From contig OY986949.1 of NCBI GenBank assembly GCA_963920595.1, positions 310,001 through 374,000 on the forward strand: a DNA stretch of 64,000 bases. The letters are read 5' to 3'. Position numbers and translations under genes: made by a program. This DNA is from Eimeria praecox. Taxonomy: Eukaryota. Each line of letters begins with the position of its first letter. Position 1 is the stretch's first letter. Under the pieces are notes generated by a model. It was not told the DNA's origin and did no database searches. It saw only the letters and a list, made by a program, of their open reading frames with translations. Below are positions 13,901 through 25,900 of this stretch, in pieces.

Positions 13901-16900
13901 CTGCCTGCAGAAGGCAGATGCAAAAGTTCAAGAGTGTGCTCTGCAGCTGAGGCTCCTGGAGGCTGGATATCCAGGAACCTAGTGCTTCACAACAAGCATT
14001 AAGTTTGCGGCAGAAATCTTCTCATACGCTGTGTAGACACCCTTATCTTTAAGAAAACCCAGGCATTCTCTTGAATAGCCATCCATCTTACGCTTACGAC
14101 GGTACACCAGTTGTGATGGGGTGCCCCTCTTCTCGCCCTTCCTAGCACCGTATGGATGGTCTGCCCTGCCTAAAGCACCGGTGCGCAGCACAGCCAACTT
14201 TAGCCTAGGCATCTGTTCGCTCGGAACAGCCCTACACAAAACGAAAAAGCAGCATTCCCTACCCGCCTGTACCCCGCACATAGAACGGTTCTGCGCTACG
14301 TAGAGAGATGGCATATCCTCGCACTAGCTAAACGTCAAGCAGGTGATTTCGCCGTTCCATTGATCCAGTCTATCCTACCACCCTCTGCAACTTTAAAATG
14401 CTGCCCACGGAATCGTCCAAAAACAAACATTGTTTGCGCCGCTTGCTTCGAGGTAATCGCCTAAGGTATGATCAACGTCTGCACTCAGTTTGGTTGCCGT
14501 CAAGCCTCCTATGCTCAATTGCTAGCAGACGCCTTTCGCGGTCCATGCATCAGCTGCATGGGCAGCATGTCTTCTATGCGAGACCGATTCGAAATTCTGT
14601 GAGCATATGTTGGCCAGATGCCAGCCCTTGTTTCTCCTTGCATCCAAAACGCCCAACCGCGTCTTCCTGCCACACGAATCAAACGCCTACAAAAGCGCAA
14701 TCGCCTTCCCCTGTTCATATCCATCTGATGCACCTGCTGCCCAGTCATGCTCCGAACCAAACAAACCCAAATCCTCTCTCAGCAACGAAAGACCGCTACA
14801 AGCCCCCGTTCGTACGCTACACAAATTCCGCGTTCCTCATTTAGGAACCGCAAAAGCTCAAACGCCTCTACGTTGGCCTAGACGTCATTTCGTTCCACCA
14901 AACGCAAGACGCGCATGAGCAAGGTCTATTGATCCACAGCGAATCGCTGCACAGGGCGAACAGCGTGCACAGGTGGACCCACACACATCTGCGTAGACCT
15001 TCTGGAGCCATTCACAGCGCCTATGCAACAGCCACGAAAACGGAATCTCCCAGCGCCTCTTCTTCAACGCGCAATGCTCAACACACAGTGCTCTGCAAAA
15101 TGCAAACGTGGACCCTACCATGCAACAAACGTACAAGCCTTTGACACTCTGGTCTTGAAGAATCCAACGCCTTCCTTCCATCCCAGACTAATCACGTCCT
15201 CCCCCTGTCTGCATACACTGAAGGCAATTCGTTTTCGACGTAGCCGCTAGACGCATCTATGCATTCAATACACGCCTCCCCGTGCTTGCGGAGTCCATCA
15301 TTTGTCTGCTATACTGCCAATCGTCCACATATGATGCTCATACGCACTCGCTTTAGAGCATTCGGGCATGCTGAAGCGGTGTTAGAACAGCTCAGCCCAC
15401 GACAAAATCTGTTGCCCTTACAACGTTGCGCTTTTCTTCGGTTGGAAGGCAGCATTATCACAGCGCGCAGCTTGTATCACATGGCACGGGATCCACAAAC
15501 CATCGCTAAGACCCGTCAAAACCCGCCTGGATAAAAGCCTGCATACCGCCAGCACCCTGTGTACGGTATCTTGCACAGGCCACAGCTACCCCACGCAAGG
15601 TCGGGCAACATACGGTCTGCTCCAGAAGGACGTGGCATTAGCATTGCCTGTACATCAAATTAATTCAGTTATCATCCGATCCCCCAGAAAAGCAACTTTT
15701 CAGTATCTGAAATGCGTTGATCTGCACCCCAAGCGTATCCCTGGAATCCAGCATGGCGCATAAAGAAATAGGCTGGGCCGTGTACCCTTGCATTTGCTTA
15801 CCACAAAGGCGAACAGAGTGCGCACAGATAAACACAGACGCTTCAGCCTCATCTTCGTATTTATACACAGCGACCGAGCTAGAACCAAGTGCCCTTCTGT
15901 GAAGTCGTTTAGAGGGGAGAGCATAGAACGTCTTTCCACGTGAGTTCAGCAACGGGATACCAAACGCCTAAAGATCCGCAACATGTGCTCTGTTATACTG
16001 CATGAAACAGCAGGTAAACCACTGCTACGGAATTGCCAACATCGCCGTTTGCAGCATCTAGCCAATACGCGTTACCAGTAATCGTTTGAGTTTAGATCGA
16101 TCCTGGCATTGCCACAGCATATGCGGAAACCGGGGCTGCGCTGCAAACAATCAGCTGGGTGCCTTTGTCGCCCATCTACCTGAGTCCTCGAAGGTAAATC
16201 TGCATGTTATTATGACCTTCAGTTTCTCGCGCACAATGATTTCACGCGTATACCCAGCATCCCGTGAAATCCCAAGCACTTTATTGGGCGCGTGACAGGA
16301 GGACGTCGGCCTAACACACACGCAGCCCTGCCAACGAATATGGCGAAGATGATACGCAGTGTCTCGTCTTATTTCTCTCTATGCAAGCGCATGGAATATA
16401 AGCACACTCGCTGAAAGGAAAGGGTAGGTTGCGTCAGTGCAGCAGGAATCGACTGGAGGATGGCAGCTTCAGTACCCCGAAGTCGGAACGATCCTGAATT
16501 GCATTATTTGCCACCTGCCCAGTATGTCGGGCCCGCTCACACCAAACCAAGAGCAAGTGTAGTGTATAACTGCATTTGCTTCAAACTAACGAAGATCATG
16601 TCAGCAGGCCACGTGTGAACCTCTTGCAAATAAGTTGGATGCAACGCTCTATCTGCACTTTCCGCCATTCTGTTTTACCGGCCTGCGCAGTGTGGGAGTC
16701 GTGAGGGAGGTTGCCTGCACCCTATAGCAAACGCGGAATCTGCAGCATAGCTGCGCCAAAACAGAAAATCCTAATCTTGAACTCGAAAGGTGTTGTTACG
16801 TTCTTTCGATAAGACGAACAGAAGACGCCTCATCCATCTTATCTGCTATGCCGACGGCTGCGTGCAATAATATGTCCTATCATTGAGCCTTTGGGCCCTT

Positions 16901-19900
16901 TGCTCTCCGCGTGAGATGTGAAGATGCCAAATACAAGCAATAACTGCACCCCCTTGACTGCAGGCCGCTAAATTTTAAGGAGGGCACATTTGGCGGAATC
17001 CGTACTGCTTGGCTGCAGCCTATGGTTCCACTTTTTTTCTTTCAACGGGGGAAGTTGCATCGAACATTTCACGTTGACGTGTGAACTTTTGCTTGATAAT
17101 GGCGGTTCACTGCGAGTTGGCTTGAATTGAAATTCTGGCCATGTAGCGTTCAGTTTTACAATGGACTGCCGTCAAAATGCACTCCCAAACAGCTTATCCA
17201 TCTACGAAACATGGCAACAAGGCACTCCAAACTTAGTTTCCAAAATCTGAGATAGCCAGGTGCCAGCTGATCACTTTCAACTCTGTATTCGCGCTGGGCA
17301 GCGGCTCTGGATTTCAATGGGCATGCAATATTCACTTGCACTTCACATATCCCCAGGGTCTCAGCAGCCAATTGCGTACCTCATTGCCTTCAGAAAGCGC
17401 AAATAAAAACGATATGCTACTGTGCACTTCTGTGAGCGAGTCATACTGGCCACTGTAGGTGAATCATTTCATCGAAATAGGTTTCGCTAATCCAAATCAA
17501 TACACGCAACTACACCAGCTTGGACAGAGGATATAAAGCACTGTCTTCCTCCCTCAACAAACCTCACAGCAAATGCCAAAACATTTATGAGTGTGGTGCA
17601 CCTTGCGCTGCCTTCCTGCAGGCAAGCCGCAAGATCAGGCGTGGCTTCCTTCAAAGCAATCTTTGAACTTGTGACGGCCCAATCCGCAAGGGCCTTTGAG
17701 GAAGAGGATAAGATTCTGGAGATTATTAGAACACTGAAAAATAGACTGTACAGGCAGCAGCGGGCTCCAATCCTAAACGGTCAGCCTAGCACACGCGTTC
17801 TCTAGTTTGGCTTGGCGCAAAGGGGTGACGAAGGGCATTGCGTGCCCGACCGGCAACTGGTAAGCTCTGCCTTCTTTGACTGGGTCGCAAACGCGTGGGC
17901 GCACTTGCTTAACGGCAAATAGTGCGTAGCATCAGGGCCGCAGCCATCCGACACACGATGCCATTTGTAGTAAGCCTGACTCTCGTTAATCGGGAGCCGC
18001 CTCAAGACAACAACATTGCTAGCTGGCCCTTTCGTTGCTATTGCCTAAACGCTTCCCAACCTAAACATGCGGTATCCAGTTCCTCATTATTACTCGCACC
18101 AGGTGCCCGGTGAGGCGCATATATTCTCACAGCAAATGCGAGTACGCACTCTGAAGTCCTCACAGGACATATTAGCGCTTTGGCAAAACTATTGATGCGG
18201 CGCACGCCACTAGGCATCGTGCACTCTGAACCAAACACGAGCGAAGATTTGCATAGTGAATAGATTCACATTCCTGATGAGAGTAGCATACTGTGTTTTG
18301 CAGAGCCTGGTCGGCCTGGCAGTAAATGCGACGAAACCACATAAAGGCTAGGGAGCTCCCAGTCAACGAACGGTGCAAGTAGCGATCCTTCACTGTCGAT
18401 GCTTCCAACCCCTGCATTGCGTTGTTGGGCCATACACAGGTGTATCCGCATATGCAACCAAACATGCAAGCACACAGGAGCATACAAACAAACAAACAAC
18501 CCGGAATCGGGCTTCCATTGCATTATTGCCGCCCCAACACGAGCCGCAGTGGTCGGCCCTATCATCTGCGTGCTCACCTCCTGCGCAGATTCACGCTTCC
18601 CTCAACTCCTCCCCACTCAGCTTTGAGCGCGTCTCCCAAGCGCTCGTCAACGTCCTTTGGGCTCCTAAGATGTCGTTGGGTGAGAAGGTCGAGAAGGATT
18701 TCTGTGACATACAGCACGCCCCTGAGTATCCAGCACTGCATGCAGCCACACTGAAGTGACCGAGCACCCAAACGGTCCAGAACGCAGCTTGTGTAAACAC
18801 TCGCACGGCTCCTCGCCCCCTAAAACATCGCACCAGTGCTGACGGATGCCACGCTGACCGATTCTTCGGAAGTAGGCCGGCTGCCTCTTTGCGTTATCTC
18901 CAGCGTTCCGCAATGCGTACCTCCTGTATAGAACGCCAACCACCACTACTCATGGCAAAACATGCTGCCTTGCACTCGCCCATCCACCACCCGTCAACTC
19001 CACGTGGCTCTCCGATGCTTATCCCGCACCGCGCCTTCTCCTTACCACGTTTAATGCACCGAAGCGAATGAGACCCTCGGTCGAACGCCACCACATTTTA
19101 TGTCTCATATCTGCATCCGCCGGAATGACGTGCGTGCCTGCTAGGCACCCTACCCACGGGAAAGGAACCCAGCAAGCACACCAGAGGACGCCAGACGCCT
19201 TCAACGTCCTCTGTGTTCCTTTAATGTGGTTGAGTGGGTTGAGAAGGATTTCTCTGACATGCAGCACGCCCCTGAGTATTCAGCACTGCATGCAGCCACA
19301 CTGAAGTGACCGAGCACCCAAACGGTCCAGAACGCAGCTTGTGCAAACACTCGCACTGCTCCGCGTCCCCTAAAACATCGCACCAGTGCTGACGGATGCC
19401 ACGCTGACCGATTCTTCGGAAGTAGGCCGGCTGCCTCTTTGCGTTATCGCCAACGTTCCGCAATGCGTACCTCCTGAATAGAACGCCAACCACCACTACT
19501 CATGGCAAAAAATGCTGCCTTGCACTCGCCCATCCACAACCCGTCAACTCCACGTGGCTCTCCGATGCTTATCCCGCACCGCGCCTTCTTCTTACCACGT
19601 TTAATGCACCGAAGCGAATGAGACCCTCGGTCGAACGCCACCACACTTTACGTCTCATGTCTGCATCCGCCGGAATGACGTGCGTGCCTGCTAGGCACCC
19701 TACCCACGGGAAAGGAACCCAGCAAGCACACCAGAGGCCGCCAGACACCTTCAACGTCCTCTGTGTTCCTTTAATGTGGTTGAGTGGGTTGAGAAGGATT
19801 TCTCTGACATGCAGCACGCCCCTGAGTATTCAGCACTGCATGCAGCCACACTGAAGTGGCCGAGCACCCAAACGGTCCAGAACGCAGCTTGTGCAAACAG

Positions 19901-22900
19901 TCTCACTGCTCCGCGTCCCCTAAAACATCGCACCAGTGCTGACGGATGCCACGCTGACCGATTCTTCGGAAGTAGTCCGGCTGCCTCTTTGCGTTATCTC
20001 CAACGTTCCGCAATGCGTACAGCTTGTATAGAACGCCAACCACCACTACTCATGGCAAAACATGCTGCCTTGCACTCGCCCATCCACCACCCGTCAACTC
20101 CACGTGGCTCTTCGATGCTTATCCCGCACCGCGCCTTCTTCTTACCACGTTTAATGCACCGAAGCGAATGAGACCCTCGGTCGAACGCCACCACACTTTA
20201 CGTCTCATGTCTGCATCCGCCGGAATGACGTGCGTGCCTGCTAGGCACCCTACCCACGGGAAAGGAACCCAGCAAGCACACCAGAGGCCGCCAGACACCT
20301 TCAACGTCCTCTGTGTTCCTTTAATGCGGTTGAGTAGGTTGAGAAGGATTTCTGTGACATACAGCATGCCCCTGAGTATTCAGCACTGCATGCAGCCACA
20401 CTGAAGTGACCGAGCACCCAAACGGTCCAGAACGCAGCTTGTGCAAACACTCGCACTGCTCCGCGTCCCCTAAAACATCGCGCCAGTGCTGACGGATGCC
20501 ACGCTGACCGATTCTTCGGAAGCAGGCCGGCTGCCTCTTTGCGTTATCGCCAACGTTCCGCAATGCGTACCTCCTGTATAGAACGCCAACCACCACTACT
20601 CATGGCAAAACATGCTGCCTTGCACTCGCCCATCCACCACCCGTCAACTCCACGTGGCTCTCCGATGCTTATCCCGCACCGCGCCTTCTTCTTACCACGT
20701 TTAATGCACCGAAGCGAATGAGACCCTCGGTCGAACGCCACCACACTTTACGTCTCATGTCTGCATCCGCCGGAATGACGTGCGTGCCTGCTAGGCACCC
20801 TACCCACGGGAAAGGAACCCAGCAAGCACACCAGAGGCCGCCAGACGCCTTCAATGTCCTCTGTGTTCCTTTAATGTGGTTGAGAAGGTTGAGAAGGATT
20901 TCTCTGACATGCAGCACGCCCCTGAGTATCCAGCACTGCATGCAGCCACACTGAAGTGACCGAGCACCCAAACGGTCCAGAACGCAGCTTGTGCAAACAC
21001 TCGCACGGCTCCTCGTCCCCTAAAACATCGCACCAGTGCTGACGGATGCCACGCTGACCGATTCTTCGGAAGCAGGCCGGCTGCCTCTTTGCGTTATCTC
21101 CAACGTTCCGCAATGCGTACCTCCTGAATAGAACGCCAACCACCACTACTCATGGCAAAAAATGCTGCTTTGCACTCTCCCATCCACCACCCGTCAACTC
21201 TGCGTAGCTTTCCCATGCTTATCCCGCGCCGCGCCTTCTGCTCACCATGTCTAATGCACCGAAGCGAATGAGACCCTTGGTCGAGGCCCACCATACTTTA
21301 CGTCTCATATCTGCATCCGCCGGAATGACGTGCGTGCCTGCTAGGCACCCTGCCCACGGGAACGCAAACCCGCAAACCACCCTGCCACCATTCAGCAAAT
21401 GCCATGAAAAGTATTGGGTGCGCATCCAACCACAGGCGCCTCCCACACAGAGCATATAAAACATCGTTTCGCCATTGCTGAGAATCCAGTCATCGTTGCC
21501 ACCTGTGCTGCACTGCCATGCTGCTCTTCTACCTGCGCTGGCAACGAAAACACCTTCTGAATCACCATTTGAGTCCCGCTGAGGTAGCCACCTATACGCC
21601 GCCCCCTGGCGTCCAAACCCCAATCGATTAGCACATGCTCCTCCTCCTAGGTCAATGCAACGTCATGAGGTGATTCTAGCACTCTGTAGAACGTATAAAA
21701 CAAGTTCCTTCCCCCAGAGTCACCTTGCAAATACAAAATTCCCTAAGCGCACCAACGACTCGTACAGTTCCTTCTACATTCTAGTCGACTAGCCAAACTT
21801 GCAATTCCTGCGCATTTATCCCCAACACGTTCTCATTATACCTGCGCATCTATCGTTCTGTCTGGCGTCTGTCAGGTAGCGAAAATACTTTGAACAGGCT
21901 TCGCCCACGTCATTAAGCGTCCATACTATTCCCTCAGCTCCTGCCTAGTGCGAGTATTCATCTTCCCCACGGCAGTTACAAACGGCTTTGCATATTTTTC
22001 CTGACCACATCAACGATTGATGCCTTGCTCCGCTTATTACCTAGCTCGCCGCTCGCCTCCTCGGCTATGGCAACCTGACGGATACACGCATTCCAATATC
22101 AGCAGCCTTTGCATTCCCTTCATCCCTATGGGATTGACCCGCCGGATGCCCGGAGCGTATGCGTACGGAACATGCAGTCCGCTGGGCATCGGCGTCCCAG
22201 ACCCAACACTCGTCAATGATTGGATCTTGTGAAGGTTGTGTGAAGGTTCTTCAGGTCCACAAGAAATGATAGAATCAGCGATACCGAGCAAGTAAGGATA
22301 CGCCACTACTCCTTCACTAATAACTCGCCAACTGCCAGGACAAGCATGGCACTGCGACGTGATCTAGACACCTGCAATTAATAGCAAGCAAGAGCTAGCC
22401 AAGTGCCACACGAAGAGATGCACATTCCCATTCTTCGGAATCATGCTATCCGTCGGTGTTTATTGCTGCACTGTTCACAAAATTATCTCGTGCTCGAGCC
22501 ACACGACACCTACCATCCCAATTACTGTTGCCACAAGGCATGCGGTACCACTGAAGATGCGCAAATGTCCTGATTCAAACCAAGCAACGGCCTCTTGTGC
22601 GCCAGAGTTTGCCATGTCTAGCGGCCTCACCTTTTTCCCACTGCCAGATCACCCAACCCTACTGGCTTCACCCTGCACCACTGCGGATCAGTCCTGCGAG
22701 TATTTACAAGCGCATGCGGCTTCCTATGTAGGAGCAGGACGCACACAAATGCTCTTGTTACGTTGTAGCAGGATTTGCTTTGTGCTCAACGATCTTATTG
22801 CTGCACACTGTCAGTGCAACTGATGGCGTATGCAGGAATATCGGGGTTGCTCTGCAGATGCCCAAACGGTCCCGCGACAGCATCGACTGGGCTTGTGAAC

Positions 22901-25900
22901 CTCAGCGCACAGGCTACCAAGAATACACGAGTGCACCGGTAGGCCTCGCAAACCCTACAGTCCCCGCTGCTTCCTTTCAGCTACTGTTGAAGTCGGCCTG
23001 GCTGCCTTTAGTGAAGGATGCTGTAGAAACAAAAGGCCATTGGCAGCTTGAGCTTCTTTGGGCAGCCACAACTCACAGTGCAACATCTACAAAAAACGCC
23101 TCTGGCAGGTCTATTTAAGAAGAGGAAGGCTAGTCGTTGGCCCTTTAGAATTCGCCGATTCGGCAAATAGGCGAGCTATGCTCGCTGCGAATTCGCTCTC
23201 TGTTTCGCACAGGAACCTAATATCAAGTATTGGGAACAGCCAGACGCTACAACGTCAATGCCGCAGCTTTCATTGCTTGAAGGACCATGATGTCGGTGCG
23301 CCTGCTGCTAACCACCACCAATCTTTCGAAATGGGGTAATTCGAGGGGGCGGGAGGAAGATTTCTGGAGGTTCCGAAAGATCAAGGAAGACACGGGTGAA
23401 GTACAAGCCACGTGAGAGCCTCTTGCAAATAAGTTGGATGCAACGCTCTATCTGCACTTTCCGCCATTCTGTTTTACCGGCCTGCGCAGTGTGGGAGTCG
23501 TGAGGGAGGTTGCCTGCACCCTATAGCAAACGCGGAATCTGCAGCATAGCTGCGCCAAAACAGAAAATCCTAATCTTGAACTCGAAAGGTGTTGTTACGT
23601 TCTTTCGATAAGACGAACAGAAGACGCCTCATCCATCTTATCTGCTATGCCGACGGCTGCGTGCAATAATATGTCCTATCATTGAGCCTTTGGGCCCTTT
23701 GCTCTCCGCGTGAGATGTGAAGATGCCAAATACAAGCAATAACTGCACCCCCTTGACTGCAGGCCGCTAAATTTTAAGGAGGGCACATTTGGCGGAATCT
23801 GTACTGCTTGGCTGCAGCCTATGGTTCCACTTTTTTTCTTTCAACGGGGGAAGTTGCATCGAACATTTCACGTTGACGTGTGAACTTTTGCTTGATAATG
23901 GCGGTTCACTGCGAGTTGGCTTGAATTGAAATTCTGGCCATGTAGCGTTCAGTGTTACAATGGACTGCCGTCAAAATGCACTCCCAAACAGCTTATCCAT
24001 CTACGAAACATGGCAACAAGGCACTCCAAACTTAGTTTCCAAAATCTGAGATAGCCAGGTGCCAGCTGATCACTTTCAACTCTGTATTCGCGCTGGGCAG
24101 CGGCTCTGGATTTCAATGGGCATGCAATATTCACTTGCACTTCACATATCCCCAGGGTCTCAGCAGCCAATTGCGTACCTCATTGCCTTCAGAAAGCGCA
24201 AATAAAAACGATATGCTACTGTGCACTTCTGTGAGCGAGTCATACTGGCCACTGTAGGTGAATCATTTCATCGAAATAGGTTTCGCTAATCCAAATCAAT
24301 ACACGCAACTACACCAGCTTGGACAGAGGATATAAAGCACTGTCTTCCTCCCTCAACAAACCTCACAGCAAATGCCAAAACATTTATGAGTGTGGTGCAC
24401 CTTGCGCTGCCTTCCTGCAGGCAAGCCGCAAGATCAGGCGTGGCTTCCTTCAAAGCAATCTTTGAACTTGTGACGGCCCAATCCGCAAGGGCCTTTGAGG
24501 AAGAGGATAAGATTCTGGAGATTATTAGAACACTGAAAAATAGACTGTACAGGCAGCAGCGGGCTCCAATCCTAAACGGTCAGCCTAGCACACGCGTTCT
24601 CTAGTTTGGCTTGGCGCAAAGGGGTGACGAAGGGCATTGCGTGCCCGACCGGCAACTGGTAAGCTCTGCCTTCTTTGACTGGGTCGCAAACGCGTGGGCG
24701 CACTTGCTTAACGGCAAATAGTGCGTAGCATCAGGGCCGCAGCCATCCGACACACGATGCCATTTGTAGTAAGCCTGACTCTCGTTAATCGGGAGCCGCC
24801 TCAAGACAACAACATTGCTAGCTGGCCCTTTCGTTGCTATTGCCTAAACGCTTCCCAACCTAAACATGCGGTATCCAGTTCCTCATTATTACTCGCACCA
24901 GGTGCCCGGTGAGGCGCATATATTCTCACAGCAAATGCGAGTACGCACTCTGAAGTCCTCACAGGACATATTAGCGCTTTGGCAAAACTATTGATGCGGC
25001 GCACGCCACTAGGCATCGTGCACTCTGAACCAAACACGAGCGAAGATTTGCATAGTGAATAGATTCACATTCCTGATGAGAGTAGCATACTGTGTTTTGC
25101 AGAGCCTGGTCGGCCTGGCAGTAAATGCGACGAAACCACATAAAGGCTAGGGAGCTCCCAGTCAACGAACGGTGCAAGTAGCGATCCTTCACTGTCGATG
25201 CTTCCAACCCCTGCATTGCGTTGTTGGGCCATACACAGGTGTATCCGCATATGCAACCAAACATGCAAGCACACAGGAGCATACAAACAAACAAACAACC
25301 CGGAATCGGGCTTCCATTGCATTATTGCCGCCCCAACACGAGCCGCAGTGGTCGGCCCTATCATCTGCGTGCTCACCTCCTGCGCAGATTCACGCTTCCC
25401 TCAACTCCTCCCCACTCAGCTTTGAGCGCGTCTCCCAAGCGCTCGTCAACGTCCTTTGGGCTCCTAAGATGTCGTTGGGTGAGAAGGTCGAGAAGGATTT
25501 CTGTGACATACAGCACGCCCCTGAGTATCCAGCACTGCATGCAGCCACACTGAAGTGACCGAGCACCCAAACGGTCCAGAACGCAGCTTGTGTAAACACT
25601 CGCACGGCTCCTCGTCCCCTAAAACATCGCACCAGTGCTGACGGATGCCACGCTGACCGATTCTTCGGAAGTAGGCCGGCTGCCTCTTTGCGTTACCTCC
25701 AGAGCCTCCCAGTGCGTACCCTCTGCGTGAAAGGCCAACCGCCACTACTCATGGCAAAAAATGCTGCCTTGCACTCTCCCATCCACCGCCTGTCAACTCT
25801 GCGTAGCTCTCCCATGCTCATCCTGCTCCGCGCCTTCTTCTTACCACGTTTAATGCACCAAAGCGAATGACGCCCTTGGCCTAACTCCACCACATTTTAT

